From the NCBI GenBank assembly GCA_034780895.1, contig JAUZTB010000107.1, positions 32,645,258 to 32,709,257 on the forward strand: 64,000 bases of DNA. Direction: 5' to 3'. The translations under genes were made by a program, and so were the position numbers. The DNA is from Rhynchobatus australiae. Its lineage: Eukaryota. Each line of letters opens with the position of its first letter. Within the stretch, counting starts at the first letter, position 1. Shown in pieces: positions 38,411 to 50,899 of this stretch. Under the pieces are notes generated by a model. That model did no database searches and was not told the origin of the DNA. It saw only the letters and a list, made by a program, of their open reading frames with translations.

Positions 38411-38999
38411 TTGTTTTTTTTTTGCAGCATGAATAAACATTTTTGCATGCATTTTCCCTTATGCAGCTTTATTTCATTTTACAAATTGGTGCTGTTGACT
38501 GGCTGGTATAATGCTTTCTAAATAAATCTCGCATGCACTGAAGGCTTAACCTGGAGCACATTACAGCCTTAAGCTGGTTGCAGGAAAAGTGAGATATTTC
38601 TCTTGTCTCTTGCTGTTTTAGTAACATCAGCCTCAACAATTTGCTTCAGATGTTCTCTATTCTCAGAAATAAAGAGAGCCGAAGCAAAAAGCACCATCGG
38701 TTCTATGCTCAGAATTGGCTTGCTCTGCTTTCAATCAGAAAGCTCTTCACCTGTGGGCAATGAATTATAATATTATGTCAGTGTAGCTCCTCCTATGTTC
38801 AATGAAACCCACCTAACCAGAAATGACTGAAATTGGATGATTACTCATTCCATGATCCCCATCTGCTATGTTAACTGCTTCACCTGAAGTTTTGATTAAA
38901 AAGTGCCAAAATACCTGTACATTTCTAGCAAGTAGTTCTCTTTGAACTAAATAGAATTTCATTGCATCTTCATGATATACTGTAAGTGGTAGTTCACTA

Positions 39000-39290
39000 T
39001 ATGTGGTGATACCAAAGAACATAATCTGCAGCCAAGTTGTGCAATGCCAGCTCCCACAATGTAATAATGACTAGAGTAAAGAATAACCAGTGGTCAGGAC
39101 ATCAGGCAGCACTCCCTTGCTCTTCAAAATAGTTTCATGTGACTGTTTAAATCCATTTGAGAGAAGGAAGATTGTCGCTGATTGAATTTCTTATCCAAAA
39201 GATAACACCACTGAAAATGCAGCACTCCCTCCATACTGCAGTGAAATGCCAGCTTGGATTCTGTTCAAGTCTCTGAAGTGGCACTTGACT
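39000..39290 (-). mobile_element. Deu-domain SINE (SacSINE1/AmnSINE1-like), decayed
   Basis: tggtcaggacatcaggcagcactcccttgctcttcaaaatagtttcatg...tcttatccaaaagataacaccactgaaaatgcagcactccctccatactgca...tcaagtctctgaagtggcacttga resembles the reverse complement of the Deu domain and tRNA-like head (recalled consensus). Confidence 0.7.
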
Positions 39291-40559
39291 GTAAGTCACA
39301 GAAACACATATTAGTTTTTGTCAAGGCAAACAGACTTCATGATGGAGCTGGTTTGCAACAACTTAGGAAAAAGTAATTTGACAGTTCCATTTCTGGGACT
39401 CTGCAGTTGTTTAAGGATTGTATCAGGTTGGAAGCTTTCAGTATGTTTCACCAATTAACTTGTTATTAAAATTTACACACAATGCCTGGTGTGCTTAACT
39501 GTTGCAATTAAGGGAATATTTAACAAATGACTTGTAGAGTATTATTTCTGAGGAATCAGTTATACTAAGCAGTAAAATGAACAGAACAAGAAACAGGAAG
39601 CCCAACCCTTTTAATTAGCTCTAATTCAACAAAGAATTGTCCTTCAGTTCAAAGCTTTTCCTTTCCTGTTTCTTTTGGAGGTGAATTATTAATTTGCATG
39701 CCATGTTTGCAAGCAATGATATGTACCTTCTAAGCGGACCAGCAGTTGCTGGGATAGGACAGTGGTTTCTCACGAACTGCGGGCATTTATCTGGCTTCAA
39801 GTTTTGGATTCCCATGCAAAAGTCCCAGACTTGGGTGCTTTTCCCTGGGGTTTACCCAACTACTCTCCACTGCTGGACTCTTTATGTAGTCCAGTGATTA
39901 TAGCACAAACCTGCTACAATTGCCCAGCAGTTACACTGAGGAAACTGCTGAACTTGCACTGGTTTAGACCAGATGCAGGAACAGTGTATATTTTCATTTT
40001 AATACTGAGGAATGGCTGACAGTGATAAAGTATTAATTTATCCTTCTAAATTAGTTAAGTATAGGAAAATGCTTTAATTCCTTTTGGATGTGTTAACGTT
40101 ATACCCTGTGTAATGGAAATTGATATTTCCACCTGCTGGTGACATGTTTCACCTTTATGGTTGTGACTATTCCAAAGAGTATGGCATGATTTATACTTTC
40201 TTGAGAACAAAAAACCTGTTCCTTTTTAAAAATTATATAATCCAATCATCACATTCCCACAAAGCAGAAACCACAAAATAGAATTAGCGCCTGGTGGAAA
40301 NNNNNNNNNNGCTATGAAGCAGTGATTTTTATTTTTTAATGGCTTTGGTTTTGCACCTTCATTAATTTTCAAACTTATTTATTCCTGTGTACCCTAGTTA
40401 CTTTGAACTGCAGTTCTATTCTATTCTTTCTAAAAATTAAAGAAATCTTAACTGAACAAGTCATTTGTGTCCCATGGTTTAATTTATTGTTGCTGATTTT
40501 CATGTGGAAGTTCTCAGGTGTGATCAGTGATTTTGTAAGCTTTGCTGGGTACAGTTTCT

Positions 40560-41520
40560 AATAAGATCATAAGAAAGGGGAGCAGGTATAAGCCCCTTGA
40601 GCCTGCTCTGCCATTCAGTAAGATCATGCCTAATCTGACCTCGGTCTCACCTTCCTGTCTGTTCTTTGTAATCCTTGACCTCCTTTAAGAAAGTTATCTC
40701 AGTCTTGCATATATTCAAAACTCTGCCTCCACAGTTCTTTGGGGTGGAAAATTCGAAGGTTCATTGCCGTCTCAGAAGAAATTCCTCCTCTTCTCTGTAT
40801 TAGATGGTTGACCAGTTCTTGTAGTCTTCACAACCTTGTCAAGTCTCTTCAGAATCCTGTGTGTTTCAATATGATCACTTCATGCTTCTAAGCTCCAATC
40901 AATATAGACTTGCTCATAAGCCAACCCTTTCATTATAGGAAACAACCATGTGAACCTTTTCTGAATTACTTCCATAGCTGGTATTTCCTATCATTAAAAA
41001 AGGAAATAAAGTGTCTGCAGATATCTGTGTGGTCTCATCGATGCCCTGTGTATCTATAGTATGACTTTCCTACTTTAATGCTCCATTCCCTTTGCAATAA
41101 GAGTCAACGTTATCAACATACTAACATTGCGTTTCATGTACGAGGATAGCTGGACCCCTTTACAAAAGCATTCTCTCATGCATTTCTATTCAACTGCTTT
41201 TTTTCATTTAAAAAGTGGATAACTTCATATTTTCCCATATACTTAATCTGCCAAATTCTTGCCTACTTGCTTAACCCATCCATATTCTTTTGCAGATTGT
41301 GTCCCCTCCTCAAAATTGGCTTTCCCTCCCATTTTGGTATCATCAGCAGATTCAGCTACAGTGTATTTTGGTTCTTCATCTTTGTCATTAATATAGATGA
41401 TAAACATTTGAGACCGCAGCAATTTATCCCTTGGCACCCAGCTAGTTACAGCTTGCCCACCGGAAAACATTGACTGTTTGTCAGATAGCCAATCCTTTAT
41501 CCATCCCAATATATTAACCT
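40560..41520 (-). mobile_element. Decayed CR1 3' half
   Basis: ORF 41243..41509 WIKDWLSDKQ...VTSWVPR...FIIYINDKDE...ESADDTKMGG; tail ataagatcataagaaaggggagcagg. Confidence 0.85.
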
Positions 41521-43323
41521 CCTAATCTCTCCTATATTCCATTACTGCTGTGTTGGTTCATTAACATGAAGGTTACAGCCCCTGGTTCTACTAAAACAGC
41601 TTGGCACAATCTACATTCTTTAGTTCCCTCACAGTTAAATAAAGTTGTACCAAAGATGTGGGAGATCATTATAAAAGTCTTAACACATTGAATGCATAGC
41701 TCTTATGCATATATATCATATTACTTCCAGACATTAAATTTAGTATTTAAAAATATCAACAAGTTGTATCAGAAAAAGCATAAAAAACACAACAGTAACT
41801 GTAAAAGATGTGACTTGTTTCTTGCTAGTTAATAATCTGACAACCTGGCCTTTATCCAATGGGAGCAGCTGGCGATTTACAATTCCACACTGGAGATAAA
41901 CATTCTTGAATAACAGCAGTATCCAATTTGCCTTGTGTATATCTAGAACATTTCCCCACATAGACTTATTGGAGCAGGGGTGTCAAAAGAGCAAACCAGT
42001 GCTGAAAACTGATCAGGTACAGCAGCTAAAACTTGTATCTGATCTTCAGTCCTGGGCTTAACATTGAACAGTGCCGCAGGAGGATAGCAAGTAGACTTGT
42101 GTATTATTTCTACTCCCTGAAAATGTTGGGAGTTGCTTGAATTTTGGAAATTGCTGGAGAGCTTCAAGATAATAGTGCAGCCATCAGATTACAAGCTGGG
42201 CACTGTTCAGCATCACAAATCAAGAAAGCAGCTATTTGCCTTATCCTATTTAAGGGGTATTGCTCACCACTGCCAAATCTGAAGCAATAGGGCATATGTT
42301 TTTGCAGCTTTATCAAAAAGCAACAATTATGAAACGTGTCATTGTTCTGTGATGTTATTATTCAACAGAGCACACTGGTGTACTAATAATTTTTTGTGGN
42401 NNNNNNNNNNNNNNNNNNNNNNNNNNNNNNNNNNNNNNNNNNNNNNNNNNNNNNNNNNNNNNNNNNNNNNNNNNNNNNNNNNNNNNNNNNNNNNNNNNNC
42501 TAATAATTTTTTGTGGTGCTGTAACAGAAAAAGAACTTGCTTTATACCAGAAGCAGAAGAACATGAACTTGCACAGCATATATAAACACTATTCCCTTAA
42601 TATATGTGGACAATATACCTGTTGTACCGATAATAACCACCAGGCTAATGGAATCGGTTAACAGTGCAATGATTTATTACAAATTGATTCAATTTGCTAG
42701 CTGCTTTTGTTGATGTCTGTGTGAAAAATGTAAACATTTTCAGGCTGTACACTGACTAAAATGAATCCTTTCAAAATCTATTTCAAGGATGACAAAGCCT
42801 CTGTCAGTGTAAACAATAGATCTTTTGTGGGATTAAATTTTCAGAACTTGGGTCAATGGGCTATGAAGAAGGCCATTTCTATTGAGTGTTCTGCAGATGT
42901 AGCTGATTTTATTTTTCCTTTTAATGGTGAATAGCATAAATAATTCAGTTAAAGTAAATCCCATTTTGATTCTATAGGAATAGTGGCCAGTATTTTATTC
43001 ATAAAACAGGAAAGGCAAACAAAGAAGCCCCAAGCCAGCTGGCTGAGCTCTGCCAACCTTTTCTGGTCGATTGTTCTGCTGCTGGACATCCCATGGCAGG
43101 GAGATCAAGAAATGCTGAAAATCCATGACTGTTAGGAAAATTGGGGTGGAGCTTTGCCCATTTTTAAACTTTTGGGGATTTTGCGGAAGGCACCTCATTG
43201 CTTTTGCTGGTCTCTGGGTTGCTTCAGGCCAGAAACATACACTCTCTTTGTATCCAGAACACGTATGGAATGACTGTGGGAGGCAGGCCCATGCTGGCAC
43301 AAGTCAGGCCTATATTACAGTGT

Positions 43324-43474
43324 TGGAGACAAGAAAGACTGCAGATGCTAAAAATCTGGAGCAACAGACCTGGTGTCCTGATGAAGGGTCTCGGCCTGAA
43401 AAGTTGACTGTTCATTTCCCTCCATGGATGCTGCCTGACCCACTGAGTTCCTCTCGCTTTTTATGTGTGTTGCT
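43324..43474 (+). mobile_element. Penelope terminal fragment with the best-preserved hammerhead core
   Basis: gactgcagatgct...gtcctgatgaagggtctcggcctgaaaagttgactg...ggatgctgcctgacccactgagttcctc. Confidence 0.85.
43375..43408 (+). ncRNA. Minimal type I hammerhead ribozyme motif (Penelope-associated, stem III mutated)
   Basis: stem I gtc/gac, core CUGAUGA (43378-43384), stem II agg..cct, GAAA (43398-43401), then agtt where aacgtt is seen in the 31920 copy. Confidence 0.6.
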
Positions 43475-44114
43475 GTATTACAGTGTTGTTTCCCATTAGC
43501 TCCAACCAACTTCAACTTGCAAACCTTTGGTTCTAGTTCAAGGAAATTGCAGTTAACTGTACCAGTGATCTTTTATATAGAACTGCTTTGTTTATACGGT
43601 GAAGAAATCATGCTCATGTGCATGCTGCACTTGAGTCTCTTCCTTCATATCTAGCTCTAAAAATTAGATTAACCTCTATTCTCTGTGTGTAGTATTCCCT
43701 CAAATGCAATCATATTATTCACCTTGCCCATTCCCTTTGTTAGAGAATAATTGGGGTTACATTGAAGATCAGCAGAATGTTCTAGTGATTTGGAAACTGA
43801 GGACTTGTTTAATTCAGTGCTATAATTTAGTCTGCATGACCCTGACATCTACATCCCCCATACCTGTTCCCTCCTGAGGGTACTGGCACATCCTATCTAT
43901 GATCTTCATGTTCTCAGCCCAAGTTTATTTCATCAGTCATAAGGGCACATTAGTTTCATCCCTTACCCTTGGGAAAGTGTTTTCGGTTCCCTCCTCGTTA
44001 GATCGTTTGTTCAGGTCAGTACTTAACCAAATTCCTTTGTTAATCAGATCAATTAAGGAGTCATGGATTCATTTCTCTAAAGATTATTAGGGAATCTGTG
44101 TAGGTTTTTCAACA

Positions 44115-44236
44115 AAAGCAAAACAGTAGTTGCTAAAAATATGAACTAAAACACAAAAAGTCCAGAAACACTTAGCAGCTTGTACGGAGAGAAAAACAGA
44201 ATAAACACTTCAGATTGAAGACCTTTCATCAGAAAT
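44115..44236 (-). mobile_element. Penelope terminal fragment (antisense hammerhead-like core)
   Basis: Reverse complement of 44203-44234 reads ttCTGATGAaaggtcttcaatctGAAgtgttt. Confidence 0.55.
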
Positions 44237-45377
44237 GGGGTTTTGGTATCAATTCAGCAGCTTGCTTTGACTGGATTTATTTAATTTGATTTCATCATTT
44301 TCCCTGGTGGCATTTAAACTCATTACCTCTGTATTGCTAATCCACTGCCAAGGATCTAGTTCAATAAAACTACAATTGGTCGCTATGCCAATATACCAAC
44401 ATAATTTAGTCCTGGAATATGGCCAAGCCTGATCCTGTTTTCACCTAGTGGCAACATGTACACATTTTCCAGCTTGAGTTATTGATTCATAACCAGATGT
44501 CAGAATCCAATTTTATGGTTACCCTCTTTTAGCTGAGGTCAATTTTAACTCTACTTGTTGTGACTACCTCTGCAGCATGGTCTTGGAATCTGCTCTTTTT
44601 TTAAAAAATCTGTCACTGTGTGAAACAAAGTGATAACTTCCAAGTTGACAACAACAATATTAATATGACAATTGATAGTGAAAACTAGAAAGAGTTAACA
44701 AATTTTAAGTTTCAAAGTGAACTTTCACAGAAGACCCAAATCTGAAAAGGAAGTAGAGAATAAAAGTCGAGAGAACTATTGCCATGAGTTAATTCGTCAA
44801 GCCAATAAAATATCTGGACAAACAGCAATATTGCGAAGGAGGTAATATTTAAATCTGCATACTGTGCCCATATCTAAATGCTTTATAGCTGTGAATTGTG
44901 GAAAGTTAATAACAAGTTAGAGAACATCATTGAGCCATTTGAAATGCATTACTTTTATACCTGAAAATCTCGTACACCTGGGAATCAGATCAGTGAGCGT
45001 GTCGGGTACAAGTCATTCAAGAAATTGGAAGTTATGAACCATTGCAAAAGGTTGTGTGATGAACCAAGTTACATTATCATAAGAAGGCTAGGTACTCTTC
45101 GCTGAACTATTATGCTAAACACTTTGAAGTATGACAAGGTAGACCCACTAAGAGTGGGAGAACAAATATCAAGGCCAGGTTGGGGTTGAGCTGATGAGTG
45201 GACAAAGCTCGCAGAGGGCTGGGTAGAGTAGAAGAGGGTTTCTAATGTTCCCCAGTGTAACACTGATCTCATACCTGGCCTGATTTGCTATGGGGGTGGT
45301 GGGAGCCTACTGTTGAAACTGATTCTGTGCTCTTGATCAGTAGATCAGTGTAACACTTTTTGTAAGTGCTTGAGCCA

Positions 45378-45936
45378 TTTGGTATTGGTTTATTATTGTC
45401 ACTTGTACCAAGGTGCAGTGGAAAAGTTTGTCTTGCATTCTGATCGTACAGAGCAATTCACTACACAGTGCATTGACGTAGTACAGGGTAAAAACAATAA
45501 CACAATGCAGAGTAAAATGTCACAGCTACAAGGAAGTGCATTGCAGGTAGACAATAAGGTGTAAGGTCAAACAAGGAAGATTGTGAGGTCAAGAGTCCAT
45601 CTCATCGTAGAAGGGTGTCTTTTCACAGTGGAATGGAAGCTGTCCTTGAACCTGGTGGTATGTGCCTTCAGGCTCTTGTATCTTCTGCCTGATGGGAGAG
45701 GAGAGAAGAGAAAATGACCCGGGTGGGTGGGGTCTTTGATTATGCTGGCTGCTTTACCGAGGCAGTGAGAGGTATAGACTGGGTCCTTAGAGGTGAGGCT
45801 GGTTTCTGAGACACGCTGGGCTGTGTCCACAACTCTCTGCAGTTTCTTGTGGTCCTGGACAGAGCAGTTGCCGTACCAAGTCATGATGTATCCAGATAGG
45901 ATGCTTTCTGTGGCGCATTGATAAAAGTTGGTGAGT
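45378..45936 (-). mobile_element. Rex1/Babar-type LINE 3' end (DUF1891-like C-terminus)
   Basis: ORF 45567..46103 includes LTNFYQCATESILSGYIMTWYGNCSVQDHKKLQRVVDTAQ...IIKDPTHPGHFLFSPLPSGRRYKSLKAHTTRFKDSF; tail gtacaagtgacaataataaaccaatacc on the minus strand. Confidence 0.9.
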
Positions 45937-45937
45937 G

Positions 45938-46342
45938 ATACTGCCTCACAGCTCAAGCAATCAGATTCAATCCTGACTTCTGGTGCAACCTGTGTGGAGT
46001 TTTCACATTCTTGCATTACAGTTTTTCTCAATTGATGCAACTGGTGGAAGTTGTAAACAACTGAAGCAAGCTCAGGTGGAATAAAGCCTAAAGCATGCAG
46101 CAATCTCTCTCTCTAACTGTATATGTTTGATCCAGGTGCTCTTGTTTCTGCCCACATTTCAAATATATGTAGGCTGATGGGTTAGTTGGCCACTGTAAAT
46201 CTCACCCAGTGAGAAGGTGATTGGTAGAAGATGGAAGAAGCTGTTGGGAATGTGGCGAGAATAAAGCAGCGTTCGTGTAAATGGGTGCTTGACGGTTACC
46301 ACAGACTTGGTGGGCACAAGGAGCTGTCTGCTCTATGACTCC
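45938..46342 (+). mobile_element. V-SINE, decayed and interrupted
   Basis: ctgcctcacagctc...gattcaatcctgac...tgtgtggagtttt...ccaggtgctcttgtttctgcccacat...ttggccactgtaaat. Confidence 0.75.
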
Positions 46343-46495
46343 ATGTCTTTGGGATGTAGGAGGAAACTGGAGCACTTGCAGGGAACCCACACAGTCAGTG
46401 GAAGGATGCACAAACTCCACCAGAGGTTGGTATTGAACCCAGGTTGCTAGAGCTGTGAGACAGCAGCTCCACCAGTTGTGCTACCATGCCACCCA
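46343..46495 (-). mobile_element. V-SINE 5' half, tail-to-tail with the previous copy
   Basis: atgtctttgggatgtaggaggaaactggagcac...caaactccac...ttgaacccagg...gagctgtgagacagcagc. Confidence 0.8.
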
Positions 46496-48025
46496 CAGCA
46501 GTTTGCTGAGAGGACATCTTTCTTGAAGTGCAGATGTCTCCCACATTTTGTTGTTCAGATCCAAATGAGAGAATTATACCCTGAATGCCCTGGGTATTCC
46601 CTGGTACAGTTTGCCACTGAAAATGCTTCTTCCCCTCTTCCTTCTGCTGGTTGCTTATCTGCCCTGCTTTTCTCAGTCATGCAATCAAAGGGATGTACAC
46701 TATTGCTGCCATATCTGGAAACAAGTGTCTTGGGCTGAAAATTCAACATCAAACAGGATTCTTCAGTGCCTGCCACACAACTCCCAGTGGATTTAAAGAA
46801 TCCTGAAAAGCGCCAAACACTTGTAGAATTAGAAACATAGCAAATAGAAGTCAGTCAGAAACTAAGCAAAGAAAGAATTCAAATCCCTTTAGTGCTTCTA
46901 CTGCTGCTGAATGTGTAGGGTGCTCTGAGAGGTCACGAGCTGGAACACTGAGCTCCAAAATGACAGCGTTGGCAATGAATCAACATTGGCAACACCTCCA
47001 ATAGGTGTTAGTTGTGTGCTTGATGCCAGGAATATGTTGTATGGCATAATTTATCTCACAAATGTGCACACTATTTTGGAAGTATTTCAGCATCTGCAAA
47101 GGATATGTGTTATGCCGTTGACTTTTGTAATTCCTGGTGTGTACCTCAGACCAGTAATCTGTTGACATATGGGGGAAAACCTGCAGATAGTTTAGATAGA
47201 GCTGCAACCACAGTAAGGCAAGGAGTTTGACTGATCTCAATCATCTCAAGGTGGATCAAATTAAAGGCGATTGGTAACCCACGTAGTCACAGCAACTTTA
47301 CTAAGATATTCAGGATTAATTTCTCAATTAACTTGTTTCCAGTCCATCAAGAGAAGAATTCATGATGAATATAAGTAAGGGTAAATGTGACAATACAAAG
47401 AGATGAGAAAAAGCCAATGTTTAGCTAAACAGAAATCAATGGGTTGGAAATTCAAACATTTTTGTTTATTAAGCAATTCAATTTAAGTGGATTCAAGGAT
47501 CGGGTAGGTCACCAATTTCAGTCTGGTTTCTACATACATATGGAACATTATGCGCAGACATTTGTAATGTCATCAAATAGTGTTTGACGGATGTTTGCAT
47601 GTCTATCACCTTAAGTACTATTACAGATGTGAGGCCTGTAAATAGTGTGGGTCACCCATGCAGAAGTAAGTTTTCACAATGCATTTGAGAACTGCTTCAG
47701 TTTAAGTTAAAGGGGAGTGATCTTACTTGGTCCACAGCCATAGTGCTTGAAGGCTGAATCTCCTTGCATGACAGCCCTCAGCAAGATTTCAATAGCCCAC
47801 CTCACAGCTACCCCCACCATCTCTCTGTGTGTTTCCTTTGGGTTCCACACCTCCAGTCCCCAACCACTCCAGCAGCCAATCACAACTCTGAGCCTCTCAG
47901 ACAAGGTAAACCTTGGTCCAGTCAGNNNNNNNNNNNNNNNNNNNNNNNNNNNNNNNNNNNNNNNNNNNNNNNNNNNNNNNNNNNNNNNNNNNNNNNNNNN
48001 NNNNNNNNNNNNNNNNNNNNNNNNN

Positions 48026-48262
48026 GGGGAGGCTGGTTTCTGTGATGTGCTGGGCTGTGTCCACAACTCTGCAGTTTCTTGCAGTTCTGGGCAGAGCAGT
48101 TGCCAAGCCGTGATGTATCCAGATATGGTGCATTGATAAAAGTTGGTGAGTGTCAAAGGGGGCATACCAAATTTCTTTATCCTCCTGAGGAAGTAGAGGC
48201 ACTGGTGAGCTTTCTTGGCTGTTGCATCTATGCGCTTGGACCAGGATAGGCTATTGGTGATA
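48026..48262 (-). mobile_element. Rex1/Babar-type LINE fragment
   Basis: MPPLTLTNFYQCTISGYITAW...CRVVDTAQHITETSLP; clearly homologous to 45790-45936. Confidence 0.88.
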
Positions 48263-50259
48263 ATTTTAAAGAAAGTACTTTGAATTGCTCATAGAAAATC
48301 CATAAGTATTGGAGTATGCAGCTGTGAACTTGGACTACATGGTATGGTTTAATCTGAACAAAACATGCTATAGCAGACAATGAATTAATAGAAGTTTTGA
48401 AAGAAGGATGAGTTCTAATTTGCTTTTCTGTTCATTTCAGTGTTGTTGTTGAAAATGTTTTGGCAAACGGTCCTCAGATATTTATCTTGAGTGACTATTT
48501 TTTCATGAGATGCTGTTGGTCATTTATTCAAAGAGTGATTTGGTTGATCCCAATCCAACTTGGTTTCATCCTATTAAACTTTTGCACATGCGCTTTCCAA
48601 CACATCATGACTGATGGTTCTAAAGATCATTGACCTGAAATGTTAACTGAGCAGATGAGGCAGCATCTTTGGAAAGAAACTGAGTATTTCCATATTCAAT
48701 TTTTGTTTAACATTTCAAACATTGTAGTGTTTCACTTTTGTTTTGCATCATTTTTCTTTATTCCAGAGCTTGTTTATCATTTTGTGGTTCATTAATCTCT
48801 AACTTAGAAACCATGTTGACTTTGTTATGTTAATGTGTGGGGGAAAAAGTCAGTATAAATAACAAGACGACAAAGTAGGATTTGAATTAATTGTATCGTT
48901 AACATTTTGCTATTTTCTGGAAGTTAATTTTGTGCAATGTAAGAATTAGTCATCCCAATTTTTCAGTTCCATATATGGAACAATGTTTCTTTTTTTTTTG
49001 CATCAGTTCCACTAAATTAATGGAATATGGAATTCTTTTGTCGTTAAAAAATATTTTGCCATCAGTGAAATGTGTATTACAATGTTTCCCTCTTCAGTTT
49101 TCCTACTTATTTGCTTTGAAGCTATTGGTCATTATTACTAAGACTAGTAAATTTTGTCAAAGTTTCCAGTTCATTAATTATGTGGCTACATTGTGGGGTT
49201 TGAATTTGGATTGTTTCTGGATTTTTATTTCAGGCCTTGTTGATTACTAGTCTGACAACTTAACTGCCGCTGTATTACTGTATTCCAATTCTACCACAAA
49301 AAACTGTTAATTCTTGTATTTTAACAAGAAATTAAATAGAAACAGGGTAATATCAGCCAAATAGAGTAAACATTTCAAAATTGAGTGTGTTTTAGCATCA
49401 GCCCACCTGAAGCCCAATCCTGCTTCTCTGGTCCCGTGAGAGAACCAAGAGATTTACCCCATCATCTGCTTCTTCAGCTGAGTTGAAGACCATGGTCAAG
49501 CAGTAACAAGCAGCTACTATAAGAATATTGAGACTGAATTTTTTATTTTCTTTAAGTTTAAAGAAAGTTGTAAATTGTAAAATGATAAATAAATCATTCA
49601 CCAGCTCCTTCCACAAAACCTCAAGATCACATAAGATGGCATTATATCGCTCCAGACCAGTACAATCAACTGTTTTGGCTGTTTGTTGTGGCTGTTGAAC
49701 ACTTAATATACTTGTGTTGTGATTTTTTTTTTGCATCGACTGTTTGAAAATTAACAATGAGCAGAGCTCTACCTATCTGATGAAGCATGCTCAGCGTCAA
49801 GTAGAGTTGTGTTTTAAATTTGTTCTGTCAGGTGTTGTTCACATCCCACTGCTCTTGATGTTTGTAATGTAACTGCAAGTGAAACTGCTCCCAAGTTTCA
49901 ATAGTTGCTATAGAAATCTTTCCTGAAATTACTGTTTCCTTGTTGGAATACATTTAGTGATATTGGTAGAAAGCTATTGGAGTGACTTCCTGCTTTACTT
50001 GACAGGCAAGAGTGGGGATTGGAGAAGGAAACTGAGTAAGATTTTTGAATTGTGGCCCAGAACTGGTGTGATCCTGTTTGCAGTGTCTGCTTGAGGTCAC
50101 AGTTGCGAGGTTAGAACCAATTTTGAATTTGGGGTGCGAGTTAAATTTACTGGGTTAAACCATGTGGCTCTGGCTGACTTAAATGGTGAAAGTTGTTTAA
50201 CTTCTGCAAGGAGGAAGATATAAAAAATATAATGCAACCTTTACAGCCTTTTGGATATC

Positions 50260-50660
50260 CTATAGCATTTTATAGCCATTTAAATGTCTTTTATGGAGTA
50301 TAGGCATTGTTGTAATAAAAGAAGTGTCCCAGTCAATCTGTTTCTGCAGTCAGCAATTAAACAGATGACCAGTTTATCTATTTTGGGTGTTGGGTAAGTG
50401 CTGGCCAGAGAACTGGGAGAAATCTCCTGCTGTTCTTTTTACCTAAAGAACACTTCATCAACTGTTTAGTGCTGGAAAATGGCATTAAAGTAGGTTAGCC
50501 ATGACCTTTTGTGAATCACAGTGCAGGATTGAAAGGCCAGATATTCTAATGGTCCAGACCTGCATCAGAGTTTCATAGAAGTGCCAGCGTAGATTACGTT
50601 CAACTCTTTGAATTGTAGCTTGAGCCCAGCACCTTCTGACTCAGAAGTTGGGAATACGAG
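50260..50660 (-). mobile_element. Deu-domain SINE remnant with a short CR1-tail-like insert
   Basis: gatgaccagtttatctatttt...tggccagagaactgggagaaatctcctgctgttctt...gccagcgtagatta...ttgagcccagcaccttctgactcaga. Confidence 0.55.
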
Positions 50661-50899
50661 CAGAGAACAAAGGCTGGGACCTTGTTTATATACTTGAACA
50701 GACCACTACTGGTTCTTGAGGTGGCGGAGGGGTTTGATTCAATACAATTGCGTCCCATAGATTTATCAGTTTTGGATTATCTAAAATGATCATTGTGCAA
50801 TTTTTGTTTTCCCTAAGTAGCCATTGTAGGGAGTCTTAACATAATGTGTTATTTGAGCTATTGTAATTTTGAAGCCTTTTCCCAATTTTCTGTTGATAA

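Noticed and set aside
42383-42516. 17-bp direct repeat flanking 100 N
   Set aside because: Same gap-overlap artefact
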